Assembly: GCA_963666345.1 (NCBI GenBank)
Contig: OY762721.1
Location: 32,001 to 96,000 of the forward strand
DNA from: Desulfatiglandales bacterium
Lineage (GTDB): Bacteria; Desulfobacterota; DSM-4660; Desulfatiglandales; Desulfatiglandaceae
DNA length: 64,000 bases
Direction of reading: 5' to 3'
Under the pieces are notes generated by a model, which was not told the DNA's origin, searched no databases, and worked only from the letters and a program-made list of their open reading frames with translations. The translations under genes were made by a program, and so were the position numbers. Below are positions 27,093 to 36,111 of this stretch, piece by piece; position 1 is the first letter of the stretch, and each line of letters starts with the position of its first letter.

Positions 27093-29567
27093 ATGGAAGC
27101 CGAAAGTAAGAAATATATACTCACAGAACTAATTGACATGGAAAAAAGCCAGCGGCTGCTTGATAACTTCTGTGGTGCGGTAGAAATCGCGGGAGCGATT
27201 ATCGATCTGGAAGGTGAAATTCTTTTAGAGTCCGTGGAGGGAAGAATCTGCAAGGATTTTCATCGAGTGCATCCGGTTACTTGTGAAAAATGTACCAAGA
27301 TTGGTAATCGAATTACCAACGAGTTGATTGAAGGAAAAAGGCTTTCAATATATTGTTGCCCAAACGGTTTGAACGATGCCTTCTCACCCATAATCATCGA
27401 GGGTCAACATATCGCCTATGCCTTTTTAGGGCAGTTTCTGATGGCACCGCCAGACGTCGGTTTTTTTAGATTGCAGGCGGCAAAATACGGTTTCAATGAG
27501 AAGGCCTATCTTGAGGCACTAAATGAAGTGCCTGTAATCAAGGAAAAAAAGCTTTCATCCATATTGGGTTCTATTACTATCTGTGCCGAATTTCTGGCCT
27601 CTCTGGGACTTTCAGGGCTTAGGCATCTGGAGGCCGAACGGGCACTTCGTTCCAGCCAGAGGCGTTTCAAGGAAACGATTGAACTCCTTCCGACGATCGT
27701 CTGCGAGTATGACAAAAAGGGTATGTTCACATATCTCAATATGCATGGACTTGATGCATTAGGGTTTTCCTCCGCTGACCTGAAAAAGGGATTATATGTG
27801 AAACAGTTGTTTCCGGACCCGGAAAAAGAGAAGTTCAACAAACGCCTTTTGTCCCTGTTAAAAGGAGCGAAGCAGGAACCGATAGAATATAGGCTCAAAA
27901 AAAAGGACGGATCGATTCTTGAGGTTATAATTACTTCCGCCCCTGTCTACGAAAAAGACAGGATAGTCGGGGGCAGGTCCTGTATTACAGAAATTACCGA
28001 GTTCAATCGCACCCAGGAGGCCTTGAGAGAAAGTGAAAAGCGGTATAAGGAGTTGAGTGATTTCTTGCCTCAGGTCGTATTTGAGACAGATAGGGAAGGT
28101 TGTCTTACCTTCGCCAATCTTAATGCGTTTAAGGCATTCGGTTACACCGAAAGCGATTTCAAGAAACGGCTTTATGTGCTTGAAATGCTTGTCCCGGAAG
28201 ACAGGGAAAGGGCCGGTAGCAATATTGAAAAGATTCTGTCCGGCAAAAATATGGGAGGCATTGAGTACACCGCACAGAGAAAGGATGGAAGCAGATTTCC
28301 GGTTTTGATACATTCAAACTGCATTATGCGGAAGGAAATGCCCGCAGGTTTGAGAGGTATAATAATCGATCTTTCAGAAAGCAAGCTGGCTGAAAAGGAA
28401 AGGTTGAAGCTTGAGGCCCGGCTTCAGAGGGCCGAAAAAATGGAGGCCATAGGAACCCTTGCAGGGGGTGTGGCTCATGATCTCAATAACGTCCTGTCCG
28501 GTATTGTAAGCTATCCGGATCTTTTGTTGATGCAGCTGCCTGAGAAAAGCCCGTTAAGAAATCCTCTGATGACAATTAAAGGGGCGGGGGAAAAGGCTGC
28601 CGATATAGTTCAAGATTTATTGACCCTGGCAAGAAGGGGCATTACCTATAGCGAAGCGGTCGATTTGAACGAAATAGTGTTGAATTATATGAAAAGTTTT
28701 GAGTATGACAGGCTGCTTTCGTACCATCCTGATGTCGAAGTAAAGGTAGATCTATGTGCTGATCTGCTGTATTTTCTGGGCTCAACCGTGCATCTTTCAA
28801 AGACGGTTATGAACCTCGTGGCAAATGCGGCAGAGGCCATGCCTGACGGTGGAATGATTTTTATCTCAACTGAAAACCGATACATTGAACGGCCGATCGC
28901 CGGTTTTGATGAACCCAAGCAGGGTGACTATGTCGTACTTAATGTCTCAGATACAGGGATAGGCATATCACGAGATGATATGAAAAGAATATTCGAACCC
29001 TTTTTTTCAAAAAAGAAAATGGGTAGAAGCGGAACCGGACTCGGCATGTCGGTAGTGTGGGGGACGGTAAAAGACCATAACGGGTACATCGATCTTCAAA
29101 GCGTTGAGGAAAAAGGTTCCACTTTCATCCTCTATTTTCCCGTAACGAGAAAGGGGCTGGAAAAAAATCGTTCCGAGTTTTCAATTGAAAAAGTTTCCGG
29201 CAACATGGAGACCATTTTAGTCGTAGATGACGTGCAAGAGCAAAGAGAGGTAGCTTTTAATATCCTGTCAAGCTTGGGATATTCAGTTTTCACATCATCA
29301 AGCGGGGAGAAAGCCGTTGAATATCTGAAAAGGAGCAGGGTGGATCTTGTGGTCCTGGATATGATTATGGAACCCGGCATGGATGGCCTGGAAACGTACA
29401 GAAAGGTTCTTGAGCTGTATCCGGGTCAGAAGGCTATCATAACGAGTGGCTTTTCAGAAACAGAACGGGTAAAGGAGGCTCAGGAACTTGGAGCAGGAGA
29501 TTATGTGAAAAAGCCATACACCATTGAAAAAATCGGTGCTGCAGTTAATAAGGAATTGAAAAAGTGA
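27093..29567 (+). CDS. Hybrid sensor histidine kinase (PocR + 2 PAS + HisKA/HATPase + receiver)
   Basis: PocR-like Cys pattern (ICKDFHR..CEKC..CPNGL), two PAS segments, AGGVAHDLNN, DTGIGI, GTGLG and C-terminal VVDD/LDM/KP. Confidence 0.93.
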   Translation: MEAESKKYILTELIDMEKSQRLLDNFCGAVEIAGAIIDLEGEILLESVEGRICKDFHRVHPVTCEKCTKIGNRITNELIEGKRLSIYCCPNGLNDAFSPIIIEGQHIAYAFLGQFLMAPPDVGFFRLQAAKYGFNEKAYLEALNEVPVIKEKKLSSILGSITICAEFLASLGLSGLRHLEAERALRSSQRRFKETIELLPTIVCEYDKKGMFTYLNMHGLDALGFSSADLKKGLYVKQLFPDPEKEKFNKRLLSLLKGAKQEPIEYRLKKKDGSILEVIITSAPVYEKDRIVGGRSCITEITEFNRTQEALRESEKRYKELSDFLPQVVFETDREGCLTFANLNAFKAFGYTESDFKKRLYVLEMLVPEDRERAGSNIEKILSGKNMGGIEYTAQRKDGSRFPVLIHSNCIMRKEMPAGLRGIIIDLSESKLAEKERLKLEARLQRAEKMEAIGTLAGGVAHDLNNVLSGIVSYPDLLLMQLPEKSPLRNPLMTIKGAGEKAADIVQDLLTLARRGITYSEAVDLNEIVLNYMKSFEYDRLLSYHPDVEVKVDLCADLLYFLGSTVHLSKTVMNLVANAAEAMPDGGMIFISTENRYIERPIAGFDEPKQGDYVVLNVSDTGIGISRDDMKRIFEPFFSKKKMGRSGTGLGMSVVWGTVKDHNGYIDLQSVEEKGSTFILYFPVTRKGLEKNRSEFSIEKVSGNMETILVVDDVQEQREVAFNILSSLGYSVFTSSSGEKAVEYLKRSRVDLVVLDMIMEPGMDGLETYRKVLELYPGQKAIITSGFSETERVKEAQELGAGDYVKKPYTIEKIGAAVNKELKK

Positions 29568-29879
29568 GGCACTCGATACCTTTTCCGGCTTGATCCTCCC
29601 TCTTGATATCCAATGTTTTTTGTTTCTGTCTAACAACCTTTGTCTCTGATTGTTCGCAGGTCGGTAGAACTTTTTTTTGATACGGAAAGGCTAAGGCTTT
29701 TACCGAGACCTTCGGGATAAAAATGTTTGTATCTGCTTATCTTCCACCTGACTTAACCGCACGCATTATCAGCGAACTGGGTGATAAAAAGATGCGTGAG
29801 GGCACCTTGGCCCTGTACCCTCTGTAAGATGGTATACACGAATGTTCGGAATATGGGAAACGGGGATGGCTCTCATGGG

Positions 29880-29912
29880 AAAATACAGGCTATCCCGTGG
29901 GGCAGCCTGTAT
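29880..29912 (-). terminator. Hairpin/terminator downstream of the DsrE-family gene
   Basis: Minus strand ATACAGGCTGCCC-CAC-GGGATAGCCTGTAT followed by Ts. Confidence 0.55.
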
Positions 29913-29990
29913 ATCCTATTATCCGGGGGAAGAGTATACGGGGAGGTATCCGGCCCGCTGCGCCGGCTTTGTGCGCTGAAACCTGTTAGC

Positions 29991-30341
29991 CTAAAAATTA
30001 AAGACTTTTGAGTCAGCGGCCAGATCTATCAAATTGGGGCCACCGCTGAGTACCATGTTGGAGAAAAATCCTGACTCGTCAACCTGACGATTTTTTGCGC
30101 AGGGGATTCAGACTCCCACGGGGACTTCATTCTCGACAAGATAGGGCAGGTAGTCATTGGGGCAGTCTGCTGTGCCGGTCTTTAGGTCTAAATCCCTTCC
30201 GGAATCCGCCCACATAACCCCGCCGTCAATGAAGAACAGGTTGGTTTTGTGCCCCTTTGTGTGTGCGATCTTTGCGAATTGAAAACATCTTGTAGCAGCC
30301 TCATTGTCATCTTTACTCAAAACAAACAAGAAATTAGCCAT
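29991..30341 (-). CDS. DsrE/F-family selenoprotein (UxxC motif), 116 aa
   Basis: The frame continues past TGA 30108-30110 as U-IPCAKNRQVDESGFFSNMVLSGGPNLIDLAADSKVFNF to TAG 29991-93. This completes a normal DsrE fold. A SECIS-like hairpin follows the UGA. Confidence 0.88.
30068..30107 (-). promoter_or_regulatory. Bacterial SECIS-like element
   Basis: After the UGA: ATCCCCTGCGCAAAAAA-TCGTCA-GGT-TGACGA-GTCAGGAT. The apical stem starts 17 nt after the UGA and has a G-first loop. Confidence 0.7.
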
Positions 30342-30442
30342 TTCCTATCTCCTTCCCTTTGTCTATATTCGTTAGCCTTTCCCAAGGGCTATACCACTAT
30401 TTGCTAGCGACAAATCTCTGTCAACATTTTTTTGCACACACA

Positions 30443-33400
30443 TTAAGGTTTGGTCTTTACCTCGATATTTAATGTCCTTTTGTTATTTTCCTGATTAGTA
30501 TCGGCCTTACATCCTACTTCGGCAGTTATCGTATGTTTGCCGGCTTTGGCAGGTTTCCATCGAACCGATGTTTTCTTTATCTTTTGAGGATACAAGACAA
30601 GCTTTTTATCCTCTGAAAACCCGTCGCTACCCTTTATCAAAAGATGCGCCTCACTTATTTTGAACTCGGATCGGTTATCAATCTCAAACCTGATGGTAAC
30701 GCTTTTCCCTTCAACCGGTTCCTTCGAAAGCGTCATCCCGGACAATATGATATCTGCCTTTTCTTTCTCCTGCGCAGGTGTTTGACCACTTGGCTTTGTA
30801 CTGCTGCCGGGGTTTTCGGTTGAAGTAGCGGGGGAGTTGCTCGATTTTGATATTACCTCTACATCTATAGTCTTTTTGTTGTTTTCCTGATTAGTATCGG
30901 CCTTACATTCAACTACGGCAGTTATCGTATGTTTGCCGGATTTTGCAGGTTTCCATCGAACTGATGTTTTCTTTATCTTCAGAGGATACAAGGTGAGCTT
31001 TTTATCCTCTGAAAGCCCGTCACTTCCCTTTATCAAAAGATGTGCATCACTTATCTTGAACTCGGATCGGTTATCAATCTCAAACCTGATGGTAACGCTT
31101 TTCCCTTCAACCGGTGCCTTCGAAAGCGTCATCCCGGACAATACGATATCTGCCTTTTTGTTCTCCCTGTCAGGTTGTTTTTCAGCAGCGGTTTTCTGCC
31201 TGGTATCTGGTTGAGGGTTTGTCTCTTCTTGCGATGTTGCTGTCTGTTTGCCTGCAGCAACACGGCCGGCAGGGCCAGCCTCTCTTCCTTGAGTTCCTGC
31301 CACAGACTCGAAACGAGTGTCCTGTGCTGTTGATTGAATGACATTCGATGATGCGGACGGGGGAAGGGGGGTGCCGTTTTCATTGATCTTAAAACTGACC
31401 CTTTTCATGTATTCAATATTTTTGGAATCAACGACCTTAAGAATAGCCTGTAATCCGCCCCTGGCCGCCATGACATAGTAATGTGAAACATCTTTGTCAA
31501 CATTTCCGCTGTCAGACAGGGTTTTGCCGTCTCCGAAATCAAAGGTCCATGTTAGTGGATAGGAACCTTTTAGGATTTTTACATGAAAGATCTGATCATT
31601 TCCATATCCGCGAGTGGTATCCCTGCTGAGGGATAATGTGGGCTTTTTCACTTGAACGGTGACATTTTTTGTAATGGGGGTTGAATCGATTTCAATTTTG
31701 TTATCGATCATATATTTGAGAACTGCATTTATAGTATATTCCCCATCATTTTTATAAATGTGTTCTAGTGGGAAAAAGGGCTCTTTTTTTAATGAAACAG
31801 GCAGATCATCGATCTGTTTGTCACCCCAATCTATTTTGTAAACTGGAGATTCTTTGACCGCCTCTCTGTTTAGAATCTCGATTAATCCTTCGTATGTCTC
31901 TCCTGCAAAAATGACCGCAGGGGCCTCTTTCCAACTAATTCTGGGACGTTCAATGGCCAAGACTTTTATATCAATCTTTGATTCGCTAGTGCTTTTTTCA
32001 TCATATGCATAAAGGACAATAGTTGTTTCGCCAGGTTCTTTAAATGTAAGGGATGTGTAAAGATTGTACGAAGAACCTGAAATGGACTGCTTGAAAAGCG
32101 CGTCTTTATCTTTCTTGAGAAGAATACCCACACCCTTTAAAGAACTGTCAGGGTCGGTGATTTTTGCCTTTATCGTGACAGGTTCACCCGCTAGAACAAT
32201 GTCAGGTGTCAGGCTCACATTGCTGATAACAGGCGGAGCGCTGATTGTCTTAAATCTCAATGATTGCGCTACGCTTATTCCCTGTTTGGAAGCGCCTGGT
32301 GCGGTCGCCTGAATGCTGACCTTATAATCCGTATTTGCATTAAGGTTGTTGAGCTCAAGAGATGTCTTGGAAACATCTGATACAAACACATCTTCTTTTT
32401 GGCTTTCTTGCCCTAACGGATGATAGGATATCTTATAAGCGCCAAATGCTGAATTTCCTTCGAAAAGATTCCATATTAACTTAGCACTTGATCGAGAAAC
32501 AGCACTAATGTGAAAGTTGAACATATCCCCACCGAACATGGTGAACAGGTAAAAAGGAGACTCGGAAACATTGCTATATTGATCCCTCAGGCGGGTTTTG
32601 ATTTTGTAGGTTCCTGGCACCGTATTGACAATGGTGTGAGTGAAACTGGTCGATCCTTGCGCGCTGGATGAATTTTGCCACGGTCTTGTCGTCGTTTGCC
32701 CTTGTGGTGTTATGAATTCAATCTGTGAGCTGTTCGCCCCGTCATTTGTCGTGACTTTCGTTATGATTTGATGGTTTCCATAAATGTGCACGTTGCTTAT
32801 TAAAGGAGCCTGGTTGTCTTCACTGCAGGTAAGGGCAACCGTTTCTGTTATTCCGCCGGTGACTTGAGTTGTTGCAGATGCAGAAGATATGTTGCTTGAT
32901 GAGGAAGGGGTAATGTGAAAAGAAACATTAAAGGTTCCCTCATTTCCGAAGTCATGATTAAAGGTTGCTTTTCCCTGGTTGTTAGTATTCACGGTTCCCA
33001 CGGTACAATTTGACTTTTTGATTGTAACAGGTGCATTTTTAACCGGAGTTCCATAGTCGGTTTGAGCGGTTATATTTATGGTCGTAACGGCATTTGAAAG
33101 ACAAGCCGAGGGGGCTGAAAACAGACCGTAAGGTGAAATTGATGCGGCTATCGATTTTGTTCTGAAACCAGATTTTGAAATATCGAGCGTGTAAGTACCT
33201 GATTGAATGTTTTCAAACGTATAATGCCCTTGACTGTCTGTCTGGGTTGTCTTGTTTTTCCCGCATACAGAAATCTGAGCGCCTGAAACCGGACTTCCTG
33301 AGGTATTGTAAACGTAGCCTCCCGGGCTTGTCTTTTTTGTGGGGGATATGACATAGGGGCTGAGTAAACCTGTTGCACTTGAAGGGATTGTCATTACAGA

Positions 33401-35434
33401 GTCTGTTTTTAAATTCCAGATGGATTCGGTAACCGAGACGTCATATTGCTTCCCTTTCTCAAGTGTGATTTCAGGGGTAACTCCGTTGGAATTTGTAACG
33501 AGATTGAGGGGCACGGCTCCAGTACTTCTCTTTTTTACTGTAACAAGGGCGTCTTTAACCGTCTTACTTCCACATGCAACCTGGATGCGTCTTGAAGGAG
33601 GAATTGCCCCCTGTTTTGTCGAAATAGATCCTACATATCCCAGCCGGACTCCTGGGTTTTTCGTGGGGTCATTATCCTCGAATGTCCAGGATACGATTTG
33701 GTAGTAATATGTTGTACCTGGTTCAAGATCCCCTATGGAAATAGTATGGGTCTTTACCATCTCCCTTTCTCCAAGGGCACTGCCTATATATCCTACCGAA
33801 ACAGAACCTGTGTTCTTTTTGATAGCTGCCGTGTAATTATCCCCCACATCCGGAGCGACTCCAAGGAAGACTTCGGTTGAGGCCTTGTGGCTTGTATTCC
33901 ATGAAAAATTTAAACCCGTCTGAGTCGATCCGGCCTGCATGTCAGTCATGGAGTAGGTATTTTTAGAGCCACTAACCGATGTCAGGGTGGTTAATGAACG
34001 ACCCGCATCTTTTTTTGTCTTTGCAGTGACAGGAGGAGTGGTATCGTAGACATTTCCGCTGCTGTCAACGCACGCCATCTTGAAGGTGTAGGCCGTGTCT
34101 TTCGCAAGGCCTGCAAAAGGAACATTATGAGATGTCTTTAAATTCGATTCGGTCTTAGCGGCTATAAGTTGGGTTCCTTTGAAGACCTTGACCGTTCCCT
34201 TTAGCGGGATATTCGGGCTTGCCCATCGGGCCGTGGCAGAGGTTACACCCTTGCAGATATGATAGTCTAGGATGGCCGCATTAGATGCTTGTATAGGAAT
34301 ATTTAGTTTGAATTCGTTTTCACTATATGTTTTCTCGGTTTTTACGAAGTTGACCACCTTTGTGGTATTAATAAGATTTATATTAGGGGCAATAGAAATT
34401 CCCGCATCAAAATTAAGGACCTGTTTTATTCGGAACTCATATTCGATTTTATCGACCACAACATGAAGTTTATCGCTTTCGCTGATAAAGAGTGGAAGTG
34501 GGATGTCAAGGTGGAATAATTCGTTTCTCGATGTAAAACGCTTTGGATATGTGCCGCTCAATTTTCCAGGGACCCAGTATCTGAAGTGTACTATGAGCGC
34601 GGCATCGTCTATCCAGTACTGAGGATCACCTATGATGGACACGCTTCCAAGGGAGGCGAGTTTGTCTACCCCTTTTTCTATAAGATTCTTGGCGAATGCC
34701 TCGGCACCGGCGTTGTTAACATCCTTGAATAATTTTATGGCTGAAATAAGTGTGTTTCGTTTACTGCTAGGGATTTTACTGAAAATGTTGTTTACTGCCT
34801 GGGTTTTTTTTGTTTCACTTACAAAATCATTGACGCTTACACTTATAAGGGTCCTTGTATCTTTATATTTTTTGAGGGCCCCCACGGGAAGGGAATCGCT
34901 TGACGACATGTTGACTCCGATGTTGTCCTGAGCGCTTGCGATGCTATCTCCCACCTTGGGCACCAGTGCCACCAGTTCCCAAAAGTCAAGGGGCAGATCA
35001 AACCATGGGAGTATGTCCGGTATTCCCGCAATATTGAAAAATCCTGCCTGTAAATTGTTAGGCAGGTAAACGCCGAATGAGCTTTCGAATGTGTTGCTTG
35101 AGCCGCCTTTGGGATTAGCCTCCAGCGTGAGGCGTAATGTATTGCCCGCCTTAGCCTGGGAAGGGTTGTATGTGCACAAAAGTCTTACATCGTCATTGAC
35201 AGCGATGGTGCCTGTTGAAAACCGAATGCCCAGGTCATAACGAAAACCAGCGGTAACCAGCGGAAGCCATGGAGACCAGTAGGTTTTTGGAGTGGGTTTG
35301 CCATTGTAGTTCCATGAAATGGCGTTTGAAAAATCATGTGTGATTGTTGAAGCTGACGGCGAGGTTATTTTTAAGGAAAAAAAGGCAAGAAAAAAAACAA
35401 TGACAAAGATCAGAAAGAATTTCATACGTGCCAT
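30443..35434 (-). CDS. Large secreted/surface protein with FN3-like, carboxypeptidase-regulatory-like, PKD-like and two CARDB-like domains
   Basis: Signal peptide; Ser/Thr-rich beta domains; DLEPGTTYYYQI and LNANTDYKVSI (FN3); WTFDFGDG (PKD); D..ENNK-ended repeats (CARDB). Confidence 0.8.
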   Translation of the reverse strand: MARMKFFLIFVIVFFLAFFSLKITSPSASTITHDFSNAISWNYNGKPTPKTYWSPWLPLVTAGFRYDLGIRFSTGTIAVNDDVRLLCTYNPSQAKAGNTLRLTLEANPKGGSSNTFESSFGVYLPNNLQAGFFNIAGIPDILPWFDLPLDFWELVALVPKVGDSIASAQDNIGVNMSSSDSLPVGALKKYKDTRTLISVSVNDFVSETKKTQAVNNIFSKIPSSKRNTLISAIKLFKDVNNAGAEAFAKNLIEKGVDKLASLGSVSIIGDPQYWIDDAALIVHFRYWVPGKLSGTYPKRFTSRNELFHLDIPLPLFISESDKLHVVVDKIEYEFRIKQVLNFDAGISIAPNINLINTTKVVNFVKTEKTYSENEFKLNIPIQASNAAILDYHICKGVTSATARWASPNIPLKGTVKVFKGTQLIAAKTESNLKTSHNVPFAGLAKDTAYTFKMACVDSSGNVYDTTPPVTAKTKKDAGRSLTTLTSVSGSKNTYSMTDMQAGSTQTGLNFSWNTSHKASTEVFLGVAPDVGDNYTAAIKKNTGSVSVGYIGSALGEREMVKTHTISIGDLEPGTTYYYQIVSWTFEDNDPTKNPGVRLGYVGSISTKQGAIPPSRRIQVACGSKTVKDALVTVKKRSTGAVPLNLVTNSNGVTPEITLEKGKQYDVSVTESIWNLKTDSVMTIPSSATGLLSPYVISPTKKTSPGGYVYNTSGSPVSGAQISVCGKNKTTQTDSQGHYTFENIQSGTYTLDISKSGFRTKSIAASISPYGLFSAPSACLSNAVTTINITAQTDYGTPVKNAPVTIKKSNCTVGTVNTNNQGKATFNHDFGNEGTFNVSFHITPSSSSNISSASATTQVTGGITETVALTCSEDNQAPLISNVHIYGNHQIITKVTTNDGANSSQIEFITPQGQTTTRPWQNSSSAQGSTSFTHTIVNTVPGTYKIKTRLRDQYSNVSESPFYLFTMFGGDMFNFHISAVSRSSAKLIWNLFEGNSAFGAYKISYHPLGQESQKEDVFVSDVSKTSLELNNLNANTDYKVSIQATAPGASKQGISVAQSLRFKTISAPPVISNVSLTPDIVLAGEPVTIKAKITDPDSSLKGVGILLKKDKDALFKQSISGSSYNLYTSLTFKEPGETTIVLYAYDEKSTSESKIDIKVLAIERPRISWKEAPAVIFAGETYEGLIEILNREAVKESPVYKIDWGDKQIDDLPVSLKKEPFFPLEHIYKNDGEYTINAVLKYMIDNKIEIDSTPITKNVTVQVKKPTLSLSRDTTRGYGNDQIFHVKILKGSYPLTWTFDFGDGKTLSDSGNVDKDVSHYYVMAARGGLQAILKVVDSKNIEYMKRVSFKINENGTPLPPSASSNVIQSTAQDTRFESVAGTQGREAGPAGRVAAGKQTATSQEETNPQPDTRQKTAAEKQPDRENKKADIVLSGMTLSKAPVEGKSVTIRFEIDNRSEFKISDAHLLIKGSDGLSEDKKLTLYPLKIKKTSVRWKPAKSGKHTITAVVECKADTNQENNKKTIDVEVISKSSNSPATSTENPGSSTKPSGQTPAQEKEKADIILSGMTLSKEPVEGKSVTIRFEIDNRSEFKISEAHLLIKGSDGFSEDKKLVLYPQKIKKTSVRWKPAKAGKHTITAEVGCKADTNQENNKRTLNIEVKTKP
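30478..31158 (-). repeat. Near-identical direct repeat, about 285 bp x2 (30478-30762 and 30874-31158, offset 396), encoding two CARDB-like domains
   Basis: ADIVLSGMTLSKAPVEGKSVTIRFEIDNRSEFKIS... versus ADIILSGMTLSKEPVEGKSVTIRFEIDNRSEFKIS...; the DNA is also nearly identical. Confidence 0.95.
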
Positions 35435-35525
35435 ATGTATAACCTCTGTGAGGGTTAGTTTTTAACTCGAATCTCTTAACCCGTGAAGCCGTTTCTGTGG
35501 CTGGTAAGTCATGCTTGTTTCCCTG

Positions 35526-36038
35526 CTACATAAGGCGGTCTGATTTTCCTATCTTATAAGCTTTTACCTCTACCTTCTGTTTGACGGTATCCATTGAAAC
35601 GACAAGAGAATAGCCTTTTCTCAGAAAAGACATGAGGATTCTCTTGCGTCCCTGTGGTTTGGAGCCTAGACGGGGGCTCATTTTAAAGTGCAAGGCAAGA
35701 CAGGCCTTGTGAAGGTCCCTTGCATCCTGTTTGTCGAAGAGTTTGCGTACTATGTATCGCAGAATGACGATGCCGTCTTTTTCATGTTCGGCAAAACCTG
35801 TGTCCTCTGAGATAAATTTGACGTCGCCAAGCGTTTCTTTTAAAGGAGGCCTGATAAGCCTGTCTATTTCTTTTGCGACAAGGCTCGTTGGAACTTGATT
35901 CTCTAGACTGAAAAATTGAGGATTGTCCGAAATATGTTTTATCTCTGAGGCTCTTGGCTGGGTATGTGCGGGAATTAAGAAAATAAAAACAGGAAGAAAC
36001 AAGTGAAACATGAAAATCTTTTTAACGGTCTTTTTCAT
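35526..36038 (-). CDS. Exported hypothetical protein
   Basis: Signal-peptide-like N-terminus; GAAGGAGA SD; co-oriented upstream of the large surface protein. Confidence 0.7.
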   Translation of the reverse strand: MKKTVKKIFMFHLFLPVFIFLIPAHTQPRASEIKHISDNPQFFSLENQVPTSLVAKEIDRLIRPPLKETLGDVKFISEDTGFAEHEKDGIVILRYIVRKLFDKQDARDLHKACLALHFKMSPRLGSKPQGRKRILMSFLRKGYSLVVSMDTVKQKVEVKAYKIGKSDRLM

Positions 36039-36111
36039 TTTCTCTCCTTCAATTTTCAGCTTCTTTTTATGTGCTCCTTTTCATAAGGGATGTTTCGGTA
36101 GCAATGGAGGA

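Noticed and set aside
29781..30011. 76-aa plus-strand ORF
   Set aside because: No recognisable motif; it runs antisense over the true 3' end and terminator of the DsrE selenoprotein gene.
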